Source: Amoebidium appalachense (taxonomy: Eukaryota > Protista > Ichthyosporea). From it: a stretch of DNA of 64,000 nt. This document shows, in pieces, positions 44,086 to 63,796 of the stretch. The notes below the pieces were generated by a model. The model saw only the letters and a program-made list of their open reading frames with translations. It was not told the origin of the DNA and made no database searches. The stretch is from NCBI GenBank assembly GCA_963693365.1, contig CAVNZM010000007.1:10537962-10601961 (forward strand). The letters are read 5' to 3'. Both the position numbers and the translations under genes were made by a program. The stretch's first letter is position 1. The number at the start of each line of letters is the position of its first letter.

Positions 44086-45576
44086 TTTATAATTTATTTT
44101 TTATTTATTTTTTTGTTTTTTATTTTATCCCGTTTTGTTCCCGGAGGTACCCCTAGGGGCCCTCAGGGGGAACTACCGTCTTCCACTCAGCACCGACAGT
44201 ACTTTAGCTAGGGTGCTACGATGCTAGTAGCTAAACGTTAACTAACACAGGTCCGATAACATTAATCCTAACTATGTACACACTTTGCCCAGGGTATCAA
44301 CCCCAGCCACGCCGGTGGGTAGCACCAGGCTTCCCCTCCACTCAGAACCGACGAATAAACTTGAAAAACTGGGCTCTCATTGGTTCATCTAAAGTGGTGG
44401 ATTGTGTGGTGTGGTGTGGGTGGCTTCATGGGGGATAATGGTGTATGGTGGGGTCTGGTGGTGGTGGGTGCCACCTGCCTCATAGATATGGTGTTGTACA
44501 TATTGTGTGGCTACGGTGTAATGGTCTAAGAGCCTAGGGTTGCATGGTTGGTTTGTTCTATGTGTGTGTCTGCAGGTTGGGCATGCTGCCTGTGTGTGCG
44601 TGGGTTGTGTGGGTATGTGTGATTTGGGTTTCGGTGGAGGCTCTACGTCTCTGTTTACGTGTGGTGTTGGAATGTTTGTGTTTGTGCATTTTAGGGTGTG
44701 TGGGTGGGAGGGTCGTGTTAAGTGGTGTCCATATCTTAGCATAGAAGAAAGTTTGCAATTCTACTGTTATTTTAGCTAAAATGGCACGTGCCGTGGGCTC
44801 TGTGGTGCCGAGGTCTGTTAGTAGGGGCCCCACGGATCGTGGGCAGAAACCCCCTGTGACCCACTTGATGTCCTCGGAGTCTGGTAGGGCGGGCTGCCCT
44901 CCGATCCACTTGATCATGAGCCACTCACACTGGGAGGTGACCGTGTTGGCTGTCTGCCGGTGTTGTGCCGTGGGGGCCTTGGGGTGACGGGAGTGCAGCA
45001 CCTTGTAGATGCATCCCGTGATGGCCGTGGTCAGAGAGGGGGCTTCCTCGGCATGTGCCGAGCAGGACCAGAGGTGGGCCGTCGTCTCCGGGTGCTGTCG
45101 GCACCGGTACTTGGGGCACGTGGGTTCCGTGACGATGGTCGAGTGATCTCGGTGTAGCCTGGCCATGGTGGGTAGGGTGCCCATAGCCAATGATAGGCTC
45201 CGGGTGTTGCCCTTTACGGCCCGGATCGATGCCTGGGCTGGGCCCTTGTTGCGTACAAAGGGGTCCCTCTCGGCTGGGAGTAGATCTACGGGGGTCGGTG
45301 AGGACGGACATGGCCTCCGTCTTGCCCCTTTCCTTGAGGTATTCCCTGGTCAGCCGGTTTAGGGAGCCGGGAATGTTGCCGGGGATTTGGTGTCCTTGTG
45401 GTCGAAGGGTGTATCTGTCCCCTCCTGGGGCTGGGGGTAGGGGGGGGGGGGGGGGGAGGGTTCTGCCGGTGTTGGCAGCCTTGTCGGCCTGGTTGTTCCA
45501 GGGCCCCTGTCGTTTCTGGTTGGACTGATGCCTTTTCACCCACGAGATTTCCACGGAGCCTGGCTGACGGAGGGAA
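44086..45576 (-). mobile_element. 5'-truncated non-LTR retrotransposon (RNase H + C-terminal zinc finger) with 16-bp TSD
   Basis: WVKRH...WNNQADKAA (RNase H C-terminal motif), then LPTMARL...CPKYRC..ETTAHLWSC (zf-RVT/CCHC-type) after one frameshift near 45290. A-rich tail at 44086-44128. Identical gctgctagtctaagat at 44070-44085 and 45577-45592. Confidence 0.9.
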
Positions 45577-46385
45577 GCTGCTAGTCTAAGATATATGCCA
45601 CTCAAGCTACATAACCTGTATTTCGTGTATGTTCTCGCTACAGACTCCCCACTGCCCGATCTGCCCCATCTGATTTGCCCCATGTGCATCTTTTCTTTCT
45701 GGGGTGTGTGGCTGTGTTTGCAAAAAGAAATGGGGTAGGGGTATCGGGTATCAAAGAGGTGCCACTGGGAGTGGGCCCCAGGGGTACAAATAATTTATTT
45801 CACACATCAAGTGTGTGTCTTGTTTTTAAAATCACGGTGTGATTGCTTCACTGTACATAAGAGTCATGTGTGAGAGCAGGAAGACTAATTTCAATCCTAG
45901 CAATGATAGAGAAGGCGTGTGGGCATGTGCCCGTGTTTCCCTCCCCTACGTGTGTGCCTGTGAGTGTGGTGGGTGCACGTGCGTATGTGTGCGGATATGT
46001 CGACGTATGTCATGGGGCAGCCGAGGCAATGGGGGTGTAGCCAAAAGCTGCAAATCTGCCGCTGCGGGTATATATGTTCGTGTGTGCGCACGAGCGCAAT
46101 GCGTGTGCATGTGTGCGTGCGCGGGTGTGCGAGCGTGTGTGGAGGTGTGTATGTGTGACTGCCTGTGTGCACGTGTGTGTATGTATCCAGCCGTCATCGC
46201 ACATCCGATAATACCAGTAGCCCAACATGCATACATATACATTCATCTAAAATTACAGAAACACCCACACACCAAATTCATTCCATCATATCCATCCCAA
46301 ATCAACCACACACCCATTCCCCCCAACTCCACAACCTGTTACTACTCATTCCTACCACCACCACACCTTTCTCACACGCCCAATC

Positions 46386-53909
<7,524 letters not shown>

Positions 53910-54359
53910 GTTGTCGCTTTGTTGAGATGGCCTGTGTGGGTGTGTTGTCGGGACGCCCAATAACTGCTTTTGCCCATGTAGTTTGACGCCCTGCTAGCTG
54001 GTTTGTTTCTGTGTCAGGATGAAGTGCTCGGCATGTGAACACCTAGAGTGAAACTGCGAAATGCTATGTGTGAGGTCTTAGGGAACTTCGCTAGGTCATA
54101 TGCTGCCACTCGGAAGGAAAGACGTGCCCAGAACGTGTGTGGCAGCTGCCTGTGAATTGTGTGTGGCAATCAGTTTCTTTCTAAATGAGATGGCAAACGG
54201 AGACCATATTTTCGTGTACATAACCCGCTTGAAGTGGCGTGCTTACGCCTGCAGGGCATCTAACGTATCCCTAGGTACCGAGTCCGAACTGTAAAAAAAT
54301 GCACTTGAACAGTTCGGTGACTCTCGGCCGCGGCCCGCTGGCTGCCAAACTGTTCAAGT

Positions 54360-55070
54360 GACCTTCCGCCTTGTTGGGGATGTTCGGAAAGCTTGGTGCA
54401 CTCTTGCCAAATCCGAAATGCTTGTTACAACCCATATATGGTTAAATGCTCGGGTCGGGTCGGTCAGCGAGTCGAGTCGCGACATGATGACCACACAGTT
54501 CCCGAGTTGAGCAGGTTCAGTCATCACCGCCAGAAAGGTTACCGTAACGTGAAAGCAGCAACCAACCAACATCACCATGGAGCCGCAACCCATCATGTAC
54601 CCCCTGAGGGTTGTTGGCCTTGCCGACGAGACGGAGGTGACGACCAGCAACACGCTGTATGCCCTCAAGAGTGTGCGCCTGGCCAACGTGAACACACAGG
54701 TCTTCGGCCACGGCACAACACAGAACAAGACACAGTGAAAAAGGAGGGGTGTTACCTGGCGACACAAAAAGGCGTGCGGCTAGAGGGGCGACGAAAGAGT
54801 TTAGGTGGATGAGTGGAGGAATGAGCGGAGGGTTGGGAGAGAGGACACATAAGGATGCTGGAGGATGTTATGTGCGAGGTCATCATCACCAGGAGTCCTA
54901 CTACCAAGGTGCACACAGCAAAGAGGACGGAGTTCAATCTCGTTTTTGTCGGCAAAGAGACGTTTTTTTCCTGTGTCACTAAAGCAGTAAACCAGACAAC
55001 GACCGGCTTGTAGCTGGTGTTAACTATAAAACTCTGCAACCGTCTACTTGCCCAACCGTGGCTGAGTTGC
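54360..55070 (+). pseudogene. Degenerate coding-like remnant of unknown origin
   Basis: Non-repetitive, protein-like frames (MEPQPIMYPLRVVGLADETEVTTSNTLYALKSVRL; RMLEDVMCEVIITRSPTTKV) broken by TGA/TAG stops; the antisense frames are open. Confidence 0.3.
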
Positions 55071-55519
55071 CCCCCCCCCCCCCCCCCCCCCCTCTCGCCC
55101 CCTCCCCCCGGGTTATTGCTAGGATAACTCTCTGCTTGTACTACGCTCGTGTGTATACTGCCAAGTACTTTTGGCTTGTATTTACACACCATCTTTGTGC
55201 ACTTTGGAGCCTTTTATTAGTTGATACTCCTTGGACGGACATCGTTTAACGTATAGCGTACTGACTTCGCAAATTACTTTCATAATTTTTAACAGAATTA
55301 GGACTTTCTATCAGGTTATAATACCTAAATTAAAGTTCCCTGTTGCCTTCACGCATATTTCCAGATTCCATTCATACCACGTTCACACTTAACAAAAATA
55401 CAACTCCCCTCCCCCCGCCCCCTCCCCCCCCCGGGGTCAATAGTGCCTGAGGGGAGGAGGGGAGAGAGGAGATACTTGCTTCTATACCCCCCCCCCCCCC
55501 CTCCCCCCTCAGCACACAC

Positions 55520-55590
<71 letters not shown>

Positions 55591-55789
55591 AATTAGAATC
55601 ACCCTCGCACACATAAAAGGGCGGGGATGGGGTGGGTGGGAGGGACGGGGAGGGGGGAGGGGGGGGGGGGGGGAGCTTTGAAGTGGATATCCCCCCCCAA
55701 AAAAATTGCGCGCAAACATTACGATATTACCCCCCCCCCCCCCCCCCCCCCCCCCACTACCACACACACACACACACACACGCGCGGGG

Positions 55790-55921
55790 GCACAAAAGAG
55801 TTTTGTACTACCAACCAAAGGAGTTCCCCCCCTCCCCTCCTACTCCCCACGCTGAGCACAAAAGAGTTTTGTACTACCAACCAAAGGAGTTCCCCCCCTC
55901 CCCTCCTACTCCCCACGCTGA
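55790..55921. repeat. 66-bp tandem duplication
   Basis: gcacaaaagagttttgtactaccaaccaaaggagttccccccctcccctcctactccccacgctga x2. Confidence 0.92.
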
Positions 55922-56031
55922 GGTCACCAATCCGCCATGTCTCACCGCACCTGAGCACACACATCTGCAAGCGGGGGCGAGCACACACGCGCACACAAAC
56001 ACACACATGCACACACACACAGAGACACACG

Positions 56032-56147
<116 letters not shown>

Positions 56148-56339
56148 ACCCATACACACCCACACACCAGCTCAGCTACAAACACAAGGGAAGCCATAAA
56201 CTTTAAACACAACCTACGTATAAACGAGAAACCTCTTTGTGACACACATATTTCCAAAATTTGAAGCAAAACATCAAAGAAAACAAACTATAAAGGGGGA
56301 AAAAAAAACTATTGCACCCCACTAGGCCCCACACCACCA

Positions 56340-56442
56340 CTATCCCTCTTTTGGTGACCCCTTGCCATACTCCAGCACCATGGCCTTGCCCTCCAGCACA
56401 TACCCGTTGGTCTCCTCCAGTGCCTGCTGCGCCGTGGCTACA

Positions 56443-56490
<48 letters not shown>

Positions 56491-56641
56491 GGGGGATGTG
56501 CGTGCGTGCCTGCGTGTGTGCATGTGTGTGTGTGTGATGCGTGTGCACATCCGGGTGTGTCGTTTTGTGTGTGGTGTGTTTGTGCACACGCATGCGCGCG
56601 AGTGTGTGGCGTGTGTGTGTGCTCGCACATGTGCAGGAGAC

Positions 56642-56672
<31 letters not shown>

Positions 56673-57900
56673 GTATACAGGTGGGCCTTCAAGCCGGACA
56701 CAGGTATGCCTACTTCACACATCTCGTACGCAGGCATGCATCATGATGCACCACTTCCAATTCCACTTAGGTGTTCAATAACAGAAAAAGATACAAAAAA
56801 CACACCTTCCCAAGCACGCACCACACACAACCACAGCCAATCCCTTACATCACCACATACATAACCCATTATATACCACACGCCAGCCACAAGCCACACC
56901 TACACTCATATCGCACCTACTGTCATTGCACTGCACCTACCCCTTAAGGTGACAAAAGCACTGCCCTTGAGTCGCCCCTTAGTCATCACGTTAATGTGCA
57001 GTGGGCCAGACCCTTCAAACCGCCCAAACACACTGCGCAGCACGGCAGTGTCCACCTTGCGGCTCAGATTGCGCACGTACAAGTGCTGGGGAGCGCCGGG
57101 GGGGCCCTGGTTAGAATGACATTGTTTTACATCGTACGAAGCAAACAGTCAAGACGGAAAACACACTGCAGATTCTCTCTCTGTGTTTGTGTGGTGGTGG
57201 TGGTGGTGTGTGTGTTGGGGGGGGGGGGGGGGGAGGAGGAGGAGTGTGTAGGATTGTCAGTCATGCCATGGTCTGTGTGCACAAGAGCACAGGGCCTGCA
57301 CCTGCATGGACCAAACAACCACACTGTGTGGCCTCCAGTATTGTGGAATATGATCACTTATTTAAGTGATCATATTCCACAATATTGGAGGCCACACAGT
57401 GTGGTTGTTTGGTCCATGCAGGTGCAGGCCTTGTTCTCTAAGTGATCATATTCCACAATATTGGATGCCACACAGTGTGGTTGTTTGGTCCATGCAGGTG
57501 CAGGCCTTGTGCTCTTAGAGATGCAAAAACGATGAAACCTCGAGGGGCAGCCATTATGAGTAAGGAAAAAGGAAACCATCTTGTTAACACCCACCTGTGT
57601 TGGTGTGCCTGGGGCATACTTTGCAAACCTTGGCATTGCTCTGATATCTTCCACACTCACACGGTGCAAGGCCACATCCTCACGGCTTAGCACCTGCCCA
57701 CACACCCGTCAGTCTCGCTCATGTAGTATCCCCCCACCCCCTCCCCCGGCCTCTCTTCCCTTCCTCTCTGCTCCCCCCCTCCCCCCCCCCCCCCCCCACC
57801 CACCCACCTACCCTAACCGCCTCCTCAGTGTCAGTACCTCCCCCCCTCCCCCCCCCCTTCCCCGCCACACTTGCAGCCCCCCTCTGCCACACATGCAGCA

Positions 57901-57956
<56 letters not shown>

Positions 57957-58536
57957 CCAACCCCACCCCCTCCAAAAAACAAAAAAAAAAACAGAAAAAA
58001 ACAAACATTCTATCACCGAGTACCGACCTTGAGAGGGCCCTGCCACACATCCTCAATGACATCATCCGATCTCTCCCCCTCAGCCCCTTCTTGATCCGAA
58101 TGTGGGGAGGAAGGTGCTATGGCATGCAGCCCAGGTCGGGCCTCTGTGGGTTTTGTGTGTTAGGGTTTGTGTGTGTGCACCTGCACGCATATATGTGAGT
58201 GCGTATAAGACAACAGGTTTGCAATTGTCAGTGTCGGCCCTCTCTTTTCAAATCAAGGAACAGGCATCACTTCCACACCTTTCACTCCAAGTTGAACTCC
58301 AAAACCTCCCTTACATGCCAAAAACATCTGCATAATAAAAACCAAGGTGTGTTCATTTTTGATCCCATGCCTGCAGGAAATCCACAAAAACAAGGTTCCC
58401 CCTTCAAACCAAGATGGCGAGCACTCACCCATGACCACAAGGTGGTCTAGGAGGTCTTTTTTGCTGCGGCCACGTGCCATTGATTGCTCAATCTCCATCT
58501 CATGACGGGATAGCTTGACGGTCCCCCTGTGTGTAT

Positions 58537-58613
<77 letters not shown>

Positions 58614-59723
58614 GCGTGTGGACGAAGCGAGGGTGTGTGCTTGCATGATGATTTCCTGTCCCCATCCTTTTCGCTAAAAGGAATGGAGGGGTAAGAGGGG
58701 GGGGGGGGGGGGGGGGGGGGGGGGAGGGGGGGGGGGGGGGGGGGGGGGGAGGGGGATCATTAGAACCACGTCATTTTCCTCTTCTTTGCTTCCTCGTTCC
58801 TGTCATGCAACATTTGGGCAGGTGGGGAAGACAAAAGTGTGTGCTTCTATGTACCTCTACGGGTCTAGACGGATTTTGTGTGCCTGCCCGTACCTGGGCG
58901 TTGCCTGTATCTTTATGTGTCTAGGTGTGTGTGTGTGTGTGTCTGCCTGTATCTTAATGTGTCTAGGTGTGTGTGTATGTGCCTGCCTGTATCTTAATGT
59001 GTCTAGGTGTGTGTGTGTGTGTGTGTGCGTGTGCCTGCCTGTATCTTAATGTGTCTAGGTGTGTGTCTGTGTGCCTGCCTGTATCTTAATGTGTCTAGGT
59101 GTGTGTGGGTGTGGGTGTGTGCCTGCCTGTATCTTAATGTGTCTAGGTGTGTGTGCATGTGTGTGTGCCTGCCTGTATCTGAATGTGTCTAGGTGTGTGT
59201 GCGTGTGTGTGTGCCTGCCTGTATCTGAATGTTGTCTAGGGTGTGTGTGTGTGTGTGTGCCTGCCTGTATCTTAATGTGTCTAGGTGTGTGTGTGTGTGC
59301 CTGCCTGTATCTTGATGTGTCTAGGTGTGTGTGTGTGTGCCTGCCTGTATCTTGATGTGTCTAGGTGTGTGTGTGTGTGTGTGCCTGCCTGTATCTTAAT
59401 GTGTCTAGGTGTGTGTGTGTGTGCCTGCCTGTACCTGTACGTGTCTAGGTGTGTGTGTGTGTGCCTGCCTGTACCTGTACGTGTCTAGAGGGGTGTAGTG
59501 TGTGCCTGCCTGTACCTGTACGTGTCTGGCTGTGTGACTGTCTGCTCGTGCACCCAGACTGTCTCTCTGATTGCTGCCAGGGTTTCAGCCACAGCCACAG
59601 GGTTTGCACCGTAGCCACGTGCACGCTTGCTTTCCGGTCCTCCCTGCACACGCAGTCAGCACCATACCCCCCCCCCCCCCCCCCCCCAACCCAGGAACTA
59701 AAAAAAGACAAACATCCCCTCTC

Positions 59724-59762
<39 letters not shown>

Positions 59763-59950
59763 CAGCTGCCCAGTCCCTCCCCCCCCCCCCCCCCTCCCAG
59801 CTGCCCAGTCCCTCCCTCCCCCCCCCCCCCCCCCCTCTCCCAACACAAAAAGAAGGTGCACTATCCACACACATCCACACCCGCTGCCATACCCACCCAA
59901 CCACTCTGCCGCACAATACCTCCCACCTATCCCCCCCCCCCCCCCCCCCC

Positions 59951-59992
<42 letters not shown>

Positions 59993-61407
59993 AAATAAAA
60001 TAAAATAAATAAAAAATACACACCCACACACCTGGTCCTCTGCCAGCCTCTTGTCTCTGTACTGGGCCTCCTCTGGGTCGTACTCCAGCTTGAACCTGCC
60101 CAGGCCCCCAGTCACCACAAACAGTCACCACACACATCGACGGGACAACATTGCCTCCCCATTTCCTTCCCCCTCGAACACAATACATTATGCCCTAGTT
60201 CCCTTCAGCCCCCGCCCATCACTCGATAAGGCACACGAAAGAGAAGAATACTCCGCGAAGACTGACATAAGAGCATGCAGGTCTGCTTGCAGATGCCCAC
60301 CCACCCACACCCACACACCCACCCCAGCAGAGACACACCCACAATCCCCCACACCCACAGTGTCACCCCACCCCCACACTTGAACTCCAAAAGAGAAAAC
60401 AATGAAGAAAAGGAGTAAAAAAAAAAAAAAAAAAGAAAAAAGGATTGCCACATTATTCCCTCCCCCCCCCCCCCCCCCCCCCCCTCGCCCCTCCTTACAC
60501 ACACAGCACCTGCCTTATTTGGGCTTCCGACAGGCCACACCCCCTGAGGTGCTCTATGTGTCTGTCCCTCACCTCTAGTGCCTGATACGACTGCAGCGAC
60601 TGCGTGCCTGCACCGGTACAGTCACCACCAACCCCCCATATATGGCTAAACCCATATATGGCTAAACCCACATATGGCTAAACCGATATATATATGAATA
60701 TACCCGAATATGGCTAAACCCATATATGGCTAACCCGATATACATGGATATACCCAAATATGGCTAAACCCATATTGGCTATACCCACACATGTCTTTGA
60801 CTCGATATCTGGCCCCAACCACGTCTCCACAAGCACATAGACCCCTAACTTAGCAGCTACACCGTACGGTACGTGGTTGCTATCAGCCAATTATATCTCC
60901 CAGCACACACGTGTTTGCTATCAGCCAAATATATCTCCCAGCACACACGTGGTTGCTATCAGCCAATTATATCTCCCAGCACACACGTGGTTGCTATCAG
61001 CCAATTATATCTCACAGCACACACGTGGTTGCTATCAGCCAATTATATCTCACAGCACACACGTGTACACCCACAAACCAGTGCTTACCTCTTGTTGCCG
61101 AAGTAAGCTGCGCCATGGTTGCAGCCGCAGTAAATGCTATGCCCCGCCCATTAACCCCCCTGGCCCTGCAGCCCTATATGTCAGAAAGTGCCCCTGTCTC
61201 CACAACCACAATAAATATATATGCACGGTGAATAGGATTGGCCGTGCTATGGGTACAACCACCCAATATGTGACAATCCACGGGTGTTAACGGTAGCAAT
61301 GGTTATCTTGATCGTTCATGAAAAGTTTGGCGTGCAGCGGCCAGAGAAGAACAGTCAGTCCTGAGGAATGAGGTGAATGACCAGAAAGTCACACATAGCA
61401 TCCCCCC

Positions 61408-61451
<44 letters not shown>

Positions 61452-61899
61452 AAAAAAAGCACAGACACACAAATGCGCACGTGCACAAACACACCCACCC
61501 ATATGCACACACAAACACTACCCCACAACCATCACCATTACACTAGAATCCGCACAATAAATGAGTGAATGAAGAAGAGAGAAAGAAACAAACTAGTCGT
61601 GTAGCACTCACGCATGCCTGTTTGGTGTTGCACGAGGTGATAAAAAGCAGAGCTAACACTCTCTTTCCCGGGGGGAGGGGAGGGGAGGGGGGAGGGGGGG
61701 GGGGGGGCACATACTCGTCTAGGGTGATATCAGTACGCAGCTGATTGGCCAGCAGACCCTTCAGCTGAGTTTCTGCCAGTGTGGGGGTGGGCTCCCCCTC
61801 TACCCCCTCCTCCCCGGGAGGTTTTCTTACGGGGTTGATGGCTGGCAGGCGAAGTTGCAGCCGTCCCTTCTTGGGCCCCACGGGGGCCGGCCTGCCCAT
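56340..61899 (-). CDS. RBM41: RBM41 RNA-binding protein (U11/U12-65K paralogue), 10 exons, 369 aa
   Basis: Exons 61899-61715, 61165-61089, 60607-60514, 60095-60032, 59643-59516, 58526-58429, 58143-58028, 57693-57595, 57085-56941 and 56443-56340. ETQLKGLLANQLRTDITLDE, GTQSLQSYQAL, LSRHEMEIEQS and IRAMPRFAKYAPGTP match the RBM41 N-domain and linker as I recall them; C-terminal RRM (LYVRNL, KGSAFVTL, NGYVLEGKAMVLEYGK). Further 5' exons are possible near 63140-63375. Confidence 0.88.
57283..57516. repeat. ~77-bp unit as a head-to-head palindrome plus a tandem third copy, in an RBM41 intron
   Basis: 57284-57360 is inverted relative to 57363-57438 (2-nt centre), and that arm repeats at 57439-57516. 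Confidence 0.92.
58900..59530. repeat. ~40-bp minisatellite derived from an RBM41 exon/5' splice-site junction
   Basis: About 15 units of gcctgcctgtatcttaatgtgtctag+(GT)n, grading into gcctgcctgtacctgtacgtgtct, which is the true junction at 59515/59516. Confidence 0.88.
60636..61064. repeat. Two adjacent minisatellites in RBM41 intron 2
   Basis: ~16-bp cccatatatggctaaa units (60636-60790) and five 38-bp acacgtggttgctatcagccaattatatctcccagcac units (60871-61064). Confidence 0.92.
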
Positions 61900-62497
61900 G
61901 CTTGTCAACAACATCTCTTAACACCCTTGCTATATGGCTGCCTTCCCCCCCCCCCCCCCAAAAAAAAAAAAAAAAAAAGAAAAAAAAAGGACGGAAAAAA
62001 CCACCCCATCATCACACTAACCCCTCCCCTCCCCCCCCCTCCCCCCCCCCCCCCCCCTCCCCCCCCCCCTCCCCCAGGAAAAAAAAAAAAAAAAAAAAAC
62101 ACTGCCAAGAAAGCAACAAACGCTCTTTTGCACTGTCAATCGTCTACCTTTTCATGTCACCCCCCCCCCCCTCCCCTCCCCCCACAACCCCCCACCCACC
62201 ACTAACCAATGGTTTTTCTTACTAACCCATTTCCTCAACGTAGTTCCTTGCATGTGCAATAAATCATTTACTAGCTGCAACTCAGTTCCATTGGGATGTG
62301 AAATCTGCCCAATGAACAGCAATTCGCTAATGCGCCTGGGCCCAACACTTTTCCAGCAAAGCAAACACCCCATCCAGATCCACCCACCTGCCCAACCCCA
62401 TAACAGGAACGGGACCATATTCGCTCTGCACCGAGCCCTGCACTTCACTGCCTGTAAGGGTGTGTGTGTGTGCGTGCGTGTGTGCGTGCGTGCGCGC

Positions 62498-62558
<61 letters not shown>

Positions 62559-62579
62559 TGTGTGTGCGTGTGTGCGTGC

Positions 62580-62688
<109 letters not shown>

Positions 62689-62705
62689 CTCGCGTGTGCC
62701 TGCGT

Positions 62706-62757
<52 letters not shown>

Positions 62758-63796
62758 TGCTGGTACGTGTGCATGAGTGTGTGAGTGAGTGGCTTGGGGG
62801 GAGGAAGGGCGGGGGAGGCGAAAGAGAGCGGCATGTGTGACCGTGTGTTTGGTGCACATGGACATGCGTAACCATGGACACCCGGCTGCAAGCATGCACT
62901 TTCCTCACCAGCCAACTTGTCTCCAAATGCACAACATGGGGTCTTAAAGTGTCTTAACTTATGCTCAATAATGTGCTCTCACGTGCCTTTTGGTAACCTC
63001 ATCTGCTAAGGGGCAACCACATACACGTGTGTCCGTCACACGTATGGCCCACGTGTGGCTGAAGAGTGCAGTGGTGGTTCTATTGCACACCGCCCAGGAC
63101 ACACACCCAGCACACCCACCACACCCACAAACACTCACCAGGCTCTTTCTCCATCCTGGCAGTTGGTAAATAGTTTATTCCTACGCAACCATTTCTGAGT
63201 GTATGTATGTTGAAAGTATACGTGACCCCTTCCCACCGGGCTGGCCCGGCTTCAACTGGACACTCGCGGACAGCTCAGTCGGGTGTACATCAGATAATCG
63301 TACTTGTGCCATCGTGCGGATGGTGCAGAGGTAAGAAGTGGCTCACCAAATTTGCGTAAAAATGGACACCGTCATAATATTTGCACACTTCGGAAATCTA
63401 TAAATTACAGGTATTGGATGTAAATCACGCATGCAGGGTTGATTCATAGTACTGGCTGAGCCGCTTTCGATTTTGTATTTAGGTCCGCAAGCAACACCCT
63501 TCTAAATGATTGAGCCACTTCAAAAAAGAGCTTTCACAGTTTTTTCGTCAAAGTGTATGTACAGTAGGTGTTCTGTCCGGCCAAATTCTTTGTTTTATAC
63601 GCGGTCGAAATCTTTATACCAAAAGAATAAAAGTCGTTTAGTGTTTCGTTTTCTTCTGTGCATAGCGCTTTGTTTGTGGGCCTTGTTTCGTCGACGCGCA
63701 GTGTACAGCCCCCAGCAAAATAAAACATCACACTTCTCGCTCAGTTGCCCTCCATTTTCTTCTGGGTTTGTGACGATTCCCATCCACAACCCTACC

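Noticed and set aside
58900-61064. CRISPR-like appearance of regularly spaced repeats
   Set aside because: The intervening sequences are (GT)n or absent rather than unique spacers; eukaryotic intron context, no cas genes
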